A stretch of 63,463 bases of DNA, filler included, from Chiloscyllium plagiosum (lineage: Eukaryota), in assembly GCF_004010195.1 (NCBI RefSeq). It is 5 parts of one record of this genome, joined end to end, with 100 filler letters (N's around TTAATTAATTAA, not from the genome) between each part and the next. Parts side by side here need not be neighbours in the genome. Positions count along the whole stretch, not along the records: positions 29,157 to 44,283 come from NC_057712.1; positions 44,384 to 56,929 come from NC_057712.1; 3 more parts are not named here. One strand, given 5' to 3'. The notes beneath the pieces are model-generated. The model was not told the origin of the DNA. It searched no databases and saw nothing but the letters and a program-made list of their open reading frames with translations. This document shows positions 37,433 through 49,153 of this stretch, one piece after another. A program made the position numbers and the translations under genes. Position 1 is the stretch's first letter. The number at the start of each line of letters is the position of its first letter.

Positions 37433-37958
37433 TGTATGAAATGTACCACTGAGGCTTTATAAGGCTCTGCTCAGATTGCATTCGGAATATTGCGAGTGGT
37501 TTTGAGCCCTGCATTTAAGGAAGGTTGTGTGGTATTTGAGGGTGTCCAGAGGAGGTTCACAAGAATGATCGCAGGGATGAAGGGCTTGTCATGAGGAGTG
37601 GTTGATGACTCTGGCTCTGTGCTCAATGGAATTTAGACAGACTAAGGGGGCATCTCACTGAAACTTTCAGAACATTGAGAGGTTTGGATTAGAGTGGAGG
37701 TGGAGAAGATGTTTTCATGAGTAAGAAAGACAAGGACCCGAGGGCGCAGCTTTAGAGTGAAGGAACGACCCTTTAGAACTGAGACGAGGAGAAATTCCCT
37801 CAGCCAGATTGTGGTCAATTTGTGGAACTTATTACCACAGAGGGCTGTGAAGGCCAAGTGAATTGAGTGTACTTAAAGAGACATAGATAGGTCTTGATTA
37901 ATAAGGGGATTGAGGGTTATGTAGAGAAGGCAGGAGAATGGGGTTGAGAAATACATCA

Positions 37959-38168
37959 GGAGAAAGTGAGGATGTCAGATGCTGGAGATCAGAGTTGAGA
38001 GCGTAGTGCTGGAGAAGCACAACAGGTCAGACAGCATCCAAGGAGTTGGGGAATCGACATTTCGAGCATAAGCCCTTCCTAATGAACAGCTTATGCTTGA
38101 AATAATGATTCTCCTGCTCCTCAGATGCTGACTGACCTACTGTGCTTTTCCAGCACTACGCTCTCGAC
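37959..38168. mobile_element. Fold-back PLE mini-element (family B)
   Basis: Arms gagagcgtagtgctggagaagcac / gtgcttttccagcactacgctctc, folding at the hammerhead core. 15-bp TSD with one mismatch: ttgagaaatacatca (37944-37958) / ttgagaaatatatca (38169-38183). Confidence 0.8.
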
Positions 38169-38553
38169 TTGAGAAATATATCAACCACGATCAAATGACA
38201 GATTGGACCCAATGGGCCGAATTGCTGAATTCTGCTCTTGTACATCAGGGTCTTTTAAATTATACGTTCAAAAGAGTGCTTACACACTAAAAAAAAGTCC
38301 ATTCTAACATATGTTTTACAGTTCACAAAATTCACTGTCAGGAATGACTAAAAGCAAAGTTTTTATGTGATGCAACATGAATAAATCAAGTACAACTGTC
38401 TGTTTTTGGGTGTGGGCAAATGTGTATCTAGAAGCTTGTCTTGTGTATATATACATGTGGTCTTTTTTTAGATTTCCCAAATGTCTTGGGATCCCAACAG
38501 TACTGGTTTATCAGATCTTGACACTAAAGAAATTGGTTCAATTCAAGAGTTTG

Positions 38554-38762
38554 AGTTTGTTTGTCACTACACCAGCACCGTCCGCAAAATATTTTGCCCC
38601 TGAAGTCTGTTTTGTATGAATCTCAAAGAGTTTGTTTCCTGAAGAAGGGCTTGTGCCCGAAACGTCGATTCTCCTGTTCCTTGGATGCTGCCTGACCTGC
38701 TGCGCTTTTCCAGCAACACATTTTCAGCTCTGATCTCCAGCATCTGCAGCCCTCACTTTCTC
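38554..38762 (+). mobile_element. PLE mini-element (family B) with an intact hammerhead motif and a 5' captured genomic segment
   Basis: TTC-CTGAAGA-A-GGGC-ttgt-GCCC-GAAA-CG-TC-GAT starting at ~38636. 16-bp TSD tcaattcaagagtttg at 38538-38553 and 38763-38778. Confidence 0.85.
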
Positions 38763-39188
38763 TCAATTCAAGAGTTTGTCCGTTTTGAGGTTTTATAGAG
38801 AAAGACAAGCTAAATATGTGGATTGCATTTCCTCATTTCTTGTAAATGAGTATATTTTCTCTGCTCCATCTTTTGTCCAACATGTTCCATCATTCTGTTT
38901 TCTATTAACATCTTCCAACTTCCTATTATCTCCGCCATTGAAATTCATGGAGAGTTTATTTTTAATTCATTCATAGGGTGTGGGTGCTAATGGAATGACC
39001 AACATTTGTTCCTTATTCCGAGGTGAGTGACTTGCTTGGCCAATTCAGAATATAGTTAAAAGCCGCATTGTGATGGAGTTACGCTTTGAGAAGAGGGTAT
39101 GGCTGAGTGTTATTGTCACAAGACAATTAATCCAGAGGCACAGGTGATGTTCTGGGGACCATGGTTCAAATCCCACTATGGCAGGTGA

Positions 39189-39522
39189 GGCAGCATGGTG
39201 GCTCAGTGGTTGCTCTGTTGTCGCATGGCGCCAGGGACCCGGGTTCAATTCCTCCCTTGGGCGGCTATCTGTGTGGAGTTTGCACATTCTCCCCGTGTCT
39301 GCATGAGTTTCCTCTGGTTTCCTCCCACAATCCAACAATGTGCAGGTTAGATGAATTGGCTATGCGAAATTGCCCATAGTGTTCAGGGATGTGTAGGTTA
39401 AGTGCATTGGTTAGGGGTGAATATAGTGTAATAGGGTAGGGGAATGGGTCTGCGTGAGTTATTCTTTGGAGGGTCAGTGTGGACTTGAAGGGCCTGTTTC
39501 CACACTGTGGGGTTTCTAGATT
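39189..39522 (+). mobile_element. HE1/V-SINE-type tRNA SINE, full length
   Basis: ggcagcatggtggctcagtggtt...gggttcaattcc head, conserved core, CR1-like tail. Confidence 0.88.
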
Positions 39523-39659
39523 CAAGAGTCAAACATAGGCCAGGCTAGCTAAAGATGATGGATTTCCTCCCTTAGAGGACATTCACATCTTGATTGCTTT
39601 TTGCAACAATTGATGATGGCTTCACATTCACAATTGAGATTAGTTTCCAGTTTAGATTT

Positions 39660-40080
39660 TAGAGTCATAAGTCATAAGAGTTATAAGAGATGTACAGCAC
39701 AGAAACAGACTCTGCGGTCTAACTCGTCCTTGCCAACCAGATATCCTCACCTAATCTAGTCCCATTTGCCAGCACTTGTCCCATATTCCTCTAACTCTTT
39801 TTTATTCATGTGCCCATCCAACTCCTTTCAAATGCTGTAATTGTACCATCCTCCACCACTTCCTCTGACAGCTCATTCCAGACATGCACCACCTCTGCGT
39901 GAAAAAGTTGTCCCTTGAGTACCTTTTATATCTTTTCCCTCTCACCCCACCTCTATGCCGTCTAGTTCCAGACTCCCCCACCCCAGGGAAAAAAAAAGCT
40001 TGTCTATTTATCCTATCCATGACCCTCATGATTTTATAAACCCCTATGGGGTCACCCCTCAGCCTATGACCCTCCAGGGG
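39660..40080 (-). mobile_element. CR1 LINE 3' fragment
   Basis: ORF 39802..40029 has MDRIN...FP.VGES.TR.H...FFTQR; gagtcata tail repeats. Confidence 0.8.
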
Positions 40081-40756
40081 AATTCTAACAGCTGCCAGTA
40101 ATGGGATTTAAAACCATGTTCTCAGTGTAATAGGGACTATAGATGGCTAGTTCAGTGATCTTGTCACTTCACCAGTACCGTCCGCAAAATATTTTGCCCC
40201 TGAAGTCTGTTTTGTATGAATCTCAAAGAGTAGTTAACAAACCTCAATGAAACCTGGTGTACATAAAATGTATGGACTAAGGAACGAGTTTTTTTCCTTA
40301 TTATGAATCCCAGAGTGGGATTCTGCATTTTTTTAAACATTGCACTAACATTGGGAGATGGAGCAATTTCACATTTTTTTAAAGCATGCTATATGCTGCT
40401 TTATCTAATATCCAACTGATCATTTCAGAATGCTTTGGATTGTCTTAGCTACTGCGGTGAGGTTTGTTACAGCTGTCAAAATATGAACAGAGTCTTTGCT
40501 GCAGGTTGTTGACTGTGGATTGGTCTGTTTAGGTGCCACACGAATTGGTGCAAATAAAGATGATCTTCCAAACTTTCCATTTATAGCAACCTTATGATTG
40601 GGGCTCTGGTGATGCAAATCTTCAATTTGTCAAGCTGCGTTTTTGACTGTCTGCATCTCTCTCGCCTTCCATTCATCATGCCAATTGTGATTAAGCAGAG
40701 TGAGAAGGAGGCATTTAAGAAGATTTCTTTTCAGGCTTGTGGTTACAGAGCATCAA

Positions 40757-40896
40757 AGCTGAAACTTTATTGAAGAAGGGCATGTGCCCGAAACGTCGAA
40801 TCTTCTGTTCCCTAGATGCTGCCTGACCTGCTGTGCTGTTCCAGCAATAAAGTTTCAGCTTTGATCTCCAGCGTCTGCAGACCTCACTTTCTCCTC
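40757..40896 (+). mobile_element. PLE mini-element (family B) with a 15-nt 5' inversion
   Basis: tgaagaagggcatgtgcccgaaacgtcgaa core. 40757-40771 is the reverse complement of 40846-40860. Perfect 15-bp TSD gttacagagcatcaa at 40742-40756 and 40897-40911. Confidence 0.88.
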
Positions 40897-41534
40897 GTTA
40901 CAGAGCATCAATCAGGCAGGGAAAAGCCTCGAGGGAGAGCTGCATATTTGTAAGAATATTGAGTTAACACAGCCAGGCAAAGATACAGGGCTTGCCAAGT
41001 GCCCTCTCTGCCTTTGTTATAACGTGAAACAATGCTTCCACGGGTTGGCTAAGAATAATCATAATCTTGAGAACTCAGTTACATTTGCCAACAGTGACTG
41101 ATTTTGGAAATAAATAAAAAATATAAGATGTTACTTTTTTTTTCTGCAAGAAAGACTTCCGCAGACTCTGCTTGTGCGGTTGAAATGACACAGTATGTTC
41201 AGAATAGTTGACAGTCCATATGGCTGCCGTTCCGTTCACTCTTGCCCTATCCCATAATGTGGAAGATGTCACAGACCACATGTCTTCAGGACTCTACCAC
41301 CAAATATAGGCCCCATTTTGTCTGAGCAGCAATTTTTCAGTTCTGTACGGAAAGGCAGGGGTGAGACAGGCAGTGATGACAGCTGATTGCTGTCAGCCTG
41401 GAATAGCCCATTTCTCCTTGAGAGCAAACCCCCATTCCTCCACCCAAAGACCGTCACTCCTGCTTTGACTGTCACCCCCTCCAGCCGCCCCCCCCCCACC
41501 CCGAGCTACTCTTTGGAAATCTGAATCACAAAGA

Positions 41535-42088
41535 TGTTACAGACCAGGCCAGACCCCCTCAAAATATTTCAAGAAGACAGCCCAGACCCTAACTTTGCTC
41601 GTTGCTTTAAGCAGGTGTGAGGTGGATATTCCAGGAGTGATGCAGCTGGCCCAACCACTCGGTTTTAAACAACACAGAATTTATTTACACACGGACAAAA
41701 AGAAAACAAATTTAGAATAACATAACTATTTGAAAACTCAACTGACACAAAAACGCAACTTAAGAAAGAGGTGTTCCAATTTCTTGCACCCCTTGGCAAA
41801 AAAGTTAATTCAAATACAGTCCTTACAGGAGAAGATGTCAGAGAGAGAGTGAGAGAGAAGGGATCAGGATGGAGCTGTTTCTTTGGGTCCACAGCTAAAA
41901 CCAACCCAAAACTAGAAAAAATCCTGAATTAGGAGAACTGGCCTCTCCCCTTTCATTGTACAAGTGTTTTTTTTAAAAAAACTTAAAAGTAGATATTTTA
42001 ACACACATCAGAACCTGTGCCTTCACCACCCCTCTCCAAAAGAAAAACAAGGACAGAATAACCTTGTGAAAGGAGCAGCATCATCACA
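41535..42088 (-). mobile_element. Solo LTR-like element
   Basis: TG...CA termini; reverse-complement homolog of 11481-12124; flanks AAGA/AACA (possible 4-bp TSD with one mismatch). Confidence 0.7.
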
Positions 42089-42089
42089 A

Positions 42090-42780
42090 ACAGACTTGTG
42101 AGCCCTAGTTCAGGATTTTCTTAAGGTTAACATGCAGGTTTAGTTGGCAGCTATGGAGACAAATGCAATGTTAACATTCATTTCAAGAGGGCTACAATAC
42201 AAGAGGAGAGATGTACTGCTGAGGCTGCGTAAGACTCTGGTCAGACCGCATTTGAAAATTGTGAGGAGTTTTGGGTGCCATATCAAAGGAAGCATGTATT
42301 GGCATTGGAGGGAGTCCAGAGAAGGTTTACAAAAATGATCCTGGGGATGAAGGGTCTGTCATATCTGTAGCAGTTGAGGACTCTGGTTCTGTACTCAACA
42401 GAATTTAGAAGGTTGAGGGGGGGGGATCTGATTGAAATTTACAAAATACTGAAAGGCTTAGATAGAGTAAACATGGAGAAGATGTTTACACTAGTAGGAG
42501 AGGCTAGGACCTAAAAACACAGCTTCAGGTGAAAGGGATAACTCTTTAGAATTCAGATGAGGAGGAATTTCTGTGGTCAATCTGTGAAACTCATTATCAC
42601 ACAGGGCTGTGGAGGCCAGGGCAGTGAGCATATTGAAACAGAGATAGATAGGTTCTTGATTAGTACAATGATAAAAATATAGGGGGAGAAGGAAGGAGAA
42701 TGAAGTTGAGAAGCCTATAAGCCATGATTGATTGGTGGAATAGACTTGATGGGCAGGATGGTCTAATTTTGTTCCTATGC
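42090..42780 (+). mobile_element. CR1 LINE 3' fragment
   Basis: ORF 42144..42338 has NAMLTFISRGLQYK.RDVLL.L.KTLVRPHL. Confidence 0.82.
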
Positions 42781-43594
42781 CGCATGGCGTTTCTAGGCTA
42801 ATCTTCACTGAGTTTCTTGTCTCCTCTCATTGGGATCTCCCAGGCATGGTTGCCCTAAAGTTACCTGAAGTTACCTGCCTTCACTTTATCATGGGAAGTT
42901 GTAGGTCCATTACTGTCTTGATACTGTTGGGAGTACAAAGTTTGGCCAGAAGCTCTCTTGTCCATATCTATGGTGTGCCAAGTTCTACTGCACTAATTCA
43001 AGCTGCTCCTAGTCTATTATTGTTCCATGGCAGCCAATTAGCTCTTGTCAATAAGGTACCAATGAACTTTTAGATTGAATTTTGGGCAATCTGTCTGCCC
43101 CTATAAAATCTACTCACTGCACTTGTCCTCAAGAAAATTATGTCCCAAAGGGTGAACAGTCTTACCACTAAATTACCTTTCATAAGCTGCTTGAAAAGAT
43201 TAGGAATTAAATTTGCTGTGGGTATTTACTAATTGCTGAATATGCAAATTAAAGCTATAATATAAAACTCATGTAGATAAATCTTGAATTGGTACAAAAG
43301 CATAAATTGTGAGATAAGTTGGAGCCGATTGTACGTTCTCATTAAAGTCAATGAAAGTAAAAAGTAAGAGAAAGATGAAGTGGGTTGTTGGTTCATTATT
43401 AGCTGCGGTACTCTTATGTTCAAAATCAAAATCTGCCCTAATGTCTGTCAGATTGTTGCATTTACAGCATAATGCTTTGTCGTAAGATAAAAATGTCTGG
43501 TTGTGGTATTAGCATGCAGTACAGTAGGTTTGAGCTCAGGCATGTCCCTAGAACCACTACAGTATGAAAGTAGGCCATTCAACCCATTGATGTT

Positions 43595-44283
43595 TGGATC
43601 AGTGGTGCTGGAAGAGCACAGCAATTCAGGCAGCATCCGAAGACAGGCAAAATCGACGTTTCGGGCAAAAGCCCTTCATCAGGAATAAAGGCAGAGAGCC
43701 TGAAGCGTGGAGAGATAAGCTAGAGGAGGATGGGGGTGGGGAGAGAGTGGCATAGAGTACAATAGGTCAGTGGGGAAGGAGATGAAGGTGATAGGTCAGG
43801 GAGGAGAGGGTGGAGTGGATAGGTGGAAAAGGAGCTGGGCAGATCGGACAAGTCCGGACAGGTCAGGGGATCGAGTTGCTGGAGGTTAGAAGCGAGGATG
43901 AGGTGGGGGAAGGGGAAATGAGGAAACTGTTAAAATCCACATTGATGCCCTGGGGTTGAAGTGTTCCGAGGCGGAAGATGAGGCGTTCTTCCTCCAGGCA
44001 TCTGGTGGTGAGGGAGCGGCGGTGAAGGAGGCCCAGGACCTCCATATCCTCGGCAGAGTGGGAGGGGGAGTTGAAATGTTGAGCCACGGGGCGATTTGGT
44101 GGATTGGTGCGGGTGTCCCACCCACCCATTGTACTCTATGCTACTCTCTCCCCACCCCCACCCTCCTCTAGCTTATCTCTCCACGCTACAGGCTCTCTGC
44201 CTTTCTTCCTGATGAAGGGCTTTTGCCCGAAACGTCGATTTTGCCTGTCCTCGGATGCTGCCTGAATTGCTGTGCTCTTCCAG
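43595..44283. mobile_element. Penelope-like element fragment (family B parent) with inverted 3' ends and a GIY-YIG C-terminal remnant
   Basis: ORF 43863..44129 has PVAQHFNSPSHS...EEERLIFRLGTLQPQGINVDF. 43607-43765 is the reverse complement of ~44125-44283. Hammerhead motifs occur in both arms. Confidence 0.88.
44206..44239 (+). ncRNA. Minimal hammerhead ribozyme motif
   Basis: TTC-CTGATGA-A-GGGC-tttt-GCCC-GAAA-CG-TC-GAT: canonical CUGAUGA/GAAA/GUC core with a palindromic ACGU in place of stem III. Mirror copy on the minus strand at ~43652-43685. Confidence 0.75.
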
Positions 44284-44384
44284 NNNNNNNNNNNNNNNNN
44301 NNNNNNNNNNNNNNNNNNNNNNNNNNNTTAATTAATTAANNNNNNNNNNNNNNNNNNNNNNNNNNNNNNNNNNNNNNNNNNNNA

Positions 44385-44925
44385 CACGATCAGTGACATC
44401 ACGTACCCTTGCACCTGGGAGGCAACATACCAAACGTGAGTCTCTCTCGTTCCCACAAAACCGCCTATCTGTGCCCCTAACTATCGAGTCCCCAATTACT
44501 ACTGCTCTGCTCTTCTTCACCCTTCCTTTCTGAGTAACGGGGACAGGCTCCGTGCCAGAGACCTGAGCCCCGTTACTTACCCCTGGTAAGTCATCCCCCC
44601 CACAAGTATCCAAAACGGTATACTTGTTCTTGAGGGGAATGGCCGCAGGGGGTCCCTGCACTGGCTGCTTCCTCCCAGTCCCCCTCACTGTCACCCATCT
44701 ATCTGCCATCTTTGGAGTTACTACTTCCCTATAACTCTGATCTATGACCCCCTCTGCCTCCCGAATGATCCGAAGTTCATCCAACTCCAGCTCCAGTTCC
44801 CTAACACGGTCTTGGAGGAGCTGGAGATGGGTGCACTTCCTGCAAGTGTAATCGGCAGGGACGTCGATGGCATCCCTCACCTCATACATGTTGCAGGAGG
44901 AACATTGCACTGCCTTCACTGCCAT
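44385..44925 (-). mobile_element. Young CR1 LINE ORF1 5' part (CxxC Zn motif, coiled coil, start of SGNH esterase), truncated by a gap
   Basis: Uninterrupted ORF MAVKAVQCSSCNM...CRKCTHLQLLQDRVRELELEL...AVVIGDSIVRGTDRRFC...CLPGARVRDV. Confidence 0.88.
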
Positions 44926-45911
44926 CCCTCTAAAGCTAACTTTTATTTTAAAAAAAAAGTTACCAGTAAGTTACCACCTGGCTATGTCTGTCCTGCTAGT
45001 TGGGCAGAATATCCCTAGAATGGTGATATTGGTGACTGAAATGTCTTTAAAGTACGATACTATGAATATGGATGTGTTTGTGGATAGGAAGAGTTTAGAT
45101 GGATATGGGCCAAATGCTGGCAAAGGAGACTTGGTTAAGTAAGGATATCTGGCCGGCATGGACAAGTTGGATTGAAGGGTCTGTTCGTGTGCTGCACAAT
45201 TCTATGTTCATGTTAGACTGTTACTTAACTTGACAGAGTTACCTCTCGCAATTTTGGTACAACCCCTCAGACCTAAGTAGGAAGGACTTTTCAGGCTTTA
45301 CAGACCTGAGTTGACATTTTCAGTGTCTCGGTCAATGTTATGAGGTTTCATTCCTTTCTTTAGACTTTGTGGTGGTTTGATGGAACTGAGCAGTTTGCTA
45401 GGCCATTTCAGAGGCAGTTAGGAATTAACCATATTGGCAAGTCATTGATACAGATTGTGAATGGTCGATGTTCCAATAGTGATCAATGTGGTCCTCTTGC
45501 CTCAACTTGCCAACTACAAAAGACCTATTTATCCTTACTCTCTGCTGCCTGATCATGAACAAGCCCTTTATCTATGCTAATCACTACCTAAACTATGAGC
45601 TTTCTTTTCAGAATTAGAATTTGATTTGATTTGGCACCTTATCATAAATCTTTTGAAACCCAAGTGCACTACATCTAAAGGATCAATCAAATAATACAAG
45701 TTTTGTTTTTATATTCTTTAATAAGATGGGTATTGCTAGCAAGGTCAACATGTATTGTTCATCTCTAATTGCCTTTGAGAGGGGCTGAGCTCCTTTCCTA
45801 AACTGTTGCAGTCCGTGAGGCAAAGTATACCCAGTGCTGCTAGTAAGAGTGTTCCAGGATTTTGATCCATCCTTAGTGAAGGAACAGTAACATAGTTCTA
45901 AGTCAGAATGG

Positions 45912-46509
45912 TGCTATGGACCAGGCCAGATCCTCTCAAAACATTTGAAGAAGTTAATCCAGAGCTTAACTTCTCTTTTTTTTTCTGGCAGATGTAGAGC
46001 GGATATTGCAGGGGTGCTGCAGTTGGTCAAACCACTCAGCTTTATACAAAACAGAATTTATTTAAACATTACAGATGAACCACAAACAAAACAAAATCAG
46101 AATTTAGAATAATTTAACTTATTTGATAACCCAACCGACACGACATCACAACTTAACAAAACTGTTCCAATCCCTGCAACATCCCATAAACACCCTCATT
46201 GGTAAAAGATAAATTTCAATAAACTTCTTACAGGCAGGAGAGATTTCAGAGAGAAAGTTCAAGTGAGACCACAGTTGGAGCATGGAACCTCTTTTCACTG
46301 TAGCTGTTTCTGTAGATCTCCAGCAGTTTTTGACTCCCTGCTAAAATTAAACCGAACTAGAAAAAACCTGAACTGGGAGAACTGTCCATTCCATTGTTTT
46401 AAAGTAGACATGTCCAGACACATCGTAACCTCTGCCTTAACAATTTTACAATCCCTCTTGAAAAAAAACAAAAATAACATGGCCTTGTTAAAGGGGCAGC
46501 ATCATCACA
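45912..46509 (-). mobile_element. Solo LTR with a 4-bp TSD
   Basis: TG...CA termini; TSD ATGG at 45908-45911 and 46510-46513; homologous to the 11481 and 41535 copies. Confidence 0.8.
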
Positions 46510-46576
46510 ATGGTCAGTTTCTTAGAGGGGGGCGGACATGTGATCCCCTTCTCCTTCCAGCTAATAGAGGTCACGT

Positions 46577-46870
46577 AGATTAGATTCCCTACAATGTGGA
46601 AACAGGCCCTTCGGCCCAACAAGTCCACACCAACCCTCCGAAGAACAACCCACACAGACCCATCTCCCCACATTTACCCCTGACTAATGCACCTAACACT
46701 ATGGGCAATTTAGCATGGCCAATTCACCTAACCTGCACATCTTTGCACAGTGGGAGGAAACCGGAGCACCCGGAGGAAACCCACACAGACACGGGGCGAA
46801 TGTGCAAACTCCACACAGACAGTCACTTGAGGCTGGAATTGAACATGGGTCCCTGGTGCTGTGAGGCAAC
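46577..46870 (-). mobile_element. HE1/V-SINE-type tRNA SINE
   Basis: Tail, core ggaaaccggagcacccggaggaaacccac, and B-box remnant. Confidence 0.85.
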
Positions 46871-49083
46871 ACTGCTTGGACACTGCTTCACAGGTGCCTT
46901 CCGGTATTACTACAGTGCATTTTGCCGATGATGCACACTGCTACCACTGTACATTGGTGAAGGGAGTGAATACTGAAATTGGTGGATGTGATGCCAGTCA
47001 AGCCGTTGCTGTGTCTCTTTGAGAAGAGTCATATTCGACTTGAAACATTTAAAGATTCTCTCCACAAATGCTGCCATACTTGCTGAGTTTCATCAACATG
47101 TTCTTTTTTTTATTTTATATTCCAGCATCTGCAGTATTTTACTCTTATTACTTATTTTATAAATCTTCCTAGTAGTCACTTCATCTACTAATGATGATCT
47201 TTCATCTTAATTTTCTGGAATGATTTCAGACCACGTTCTCTGACTCTTCACCTTTCATGCATCCCTTTCTATTGACATTACATTTTCTTCCACTCACTGT
47301 GATAAATGTGGCTTTAGCAATGAAAACCTTTTTTCCACGCTGTCTTCTAAGAAATAATTCAGCCTGATGCTCTAACAGTAATTGTAGGAAATTAATTACG
47401 GTAAATAAAAGAAAAATTGCCTGTCTGTGAGTTAATGACACCCAAATGAAAGCAAAGTACTGCAGATGCTCTACAACTATAATCAAAACAGGGGAAACTT
47501 AGCACATCTGTCAGCATCTGTGGAGGGAGGTTGAAAGTTAATCTGTTAAGTTCCAAATGACTCTTCTTTGGACCCAAAGGGAGATGGCACATTGTGTTGT
47601 TTATGCTATTGACAAATAGGGTGGAGAGCCAAGTGGAACGGATGGCAAAGATGACAGGAACAAAAGACAAAGGGAGTGCTGATTGTGATGGAAGAGCGAT
47701 GGGGATATACAATAGGTGTTAATAGGAGGCATGAATATTAGAAAATAGATTAGCATTGCTGATGCAAAACCCATGCATGAAGACAATGTAGAGAGAGTTG
47801 GGAAGCAGAGGGTTACAATTAAATGGAGGACAGCGTTCATGCTTTTAAGTTTTAAACTCAATATTAGGAATAATGGAGGAATGCACCAGGGTGTCACTGA
47901 GGGGACAGTCCTTGTAGAAATCAGTGCATCAGCACACTAAATGACTGAACAAACTCTGAAGACATGTTAGCTCCCCCACCTCCAGTTTTGTCATTGGGGC
48001 ATTCGGCATCTTACACCTGGGAAGTTAGTGGAGGAGGAATATATAGGGCAGTGGATGGCCTACTTTTCCACGTTTTCCTGAATGCAGTAGCTGTGAATTG
48101 AACAAAGATGGACTTTGTCTTCATTTTCTTTTTTAAAAAAAATTTCTATGCCTTCAGTTGTTAATTTACGTGCTATGGTATGGCAACTTAAACACTTTTC
48201 ACTGATTTTGTTTTGTAAAATACAAGTGACAATAAATAATGATTCTATTCTAACACAACTGCACTCTCACTACACCTCTTGCTTTCTGCTCAGTTACTTT
48301 GGCTAACAGTTAAGAAATGTCTTCATTTCTCAATGGTATTATCAAATTGTTTCATGTCTTTGCTCTTCCCTTTTCCTGTAATCTCCCCAAAACTCACAAC
48401 CTCACTGGGAGATCTGTGCTCCTCCAGTTCTAGCTTCTTGTGTATCCTTGATTTTAATCAATCCACTTCTAGGAGCCATGCCCTCAGCTGCCGAAGCACT
48501 GGGTTGTTAAAGCTCTCTCCCTCACTACACCTCTTTCCTTCTCTAAGGCATTTTTCAAAGCCCATCTCTTTTTGTCAAGGATTTTGTCAAACTCTAATAT
48601 TCCCTTGCATGGATTTATGTGAAATTGTTTATTAAAGCTCTGATGGAGCAATTTGAAACATTTTACAATGCGAAGCAAACGAGTAGGATTTGTTATTCAT
48701 GTAAAATTACAAATGGGTCACCTTATCTTTCTGCTAGAGACAATTGAGTAAATTTTAACAACAAGTACATAGGCTGATTAAAATGGGGATGGTTTAAAAT
48801 GACACTGCTCAATAGTTGCATTTTGTAAGTTAACCTCATTTGATTGTTGCTAGTAGGTTTTTATTAACCTATTTCCTAATCGACCTGTGGTATTACCACT
48901 GCACCATAAGAATCATCATAAATTCTGAGGTTGTACATTTTTTCTAATCGACTTCTTTGCAGAGGGCATTACACCATCCACTGGAGCAGGTGGGACTTGA
49001 GACCAGACCTCCTAGCTCAGCAGTAGGGACATCATGAGTGCTCCACAAAAACTATCTCAAAGAACAGAGGGAAAGGAGCACCA

Positions 49084-49153
49084 TGCATTGGCTGGAAATC
49101 GAACCTGTTGTCCTGTGAGAAAAGTGAGCATTCTACCTCAGAACCACCAATGC
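49084..49153 (-). pseudogene. Degenerate tRNA-Gly pseudogene
   Basis: The reverse complement is GCATTGGTGGTTCTGAGGTAGAATGCTCAC...GGTTCGATTTCCAGCCAATGCA, which follows vertebrate tRNA-Gly. Acceptor stem and T-loop are intact; the anticodon arm has decayed. Confidence 0.75.

Larger units (their letters stand above)
32660..38250 (+). mobile_element. Near full-length degenerate CR1 LINE (ORF1 Zn/coiled-coil and SGNH esterase; ORF2 endonuclease and RT) with nested insertions
   Basis: ORF 33012..33224 has DHICSTCWLLEELRLRGDELNSEL, followed by VIGDSIV/CLPG remnants. ORF 36014..36241 has ANVTLLFKKGGRQKAG..RPI, with DFQKAF and KFAD remnants downstream. Many stops and frameshifts. Confidence 0.85.

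Noticed and set aside
44332..44925. Novel host zinc-finger/coiled-coil gene
   Set aside because: The motif order matches CR1 ORF1, and degenerate paralogous copies lie at 33012 and 15525.
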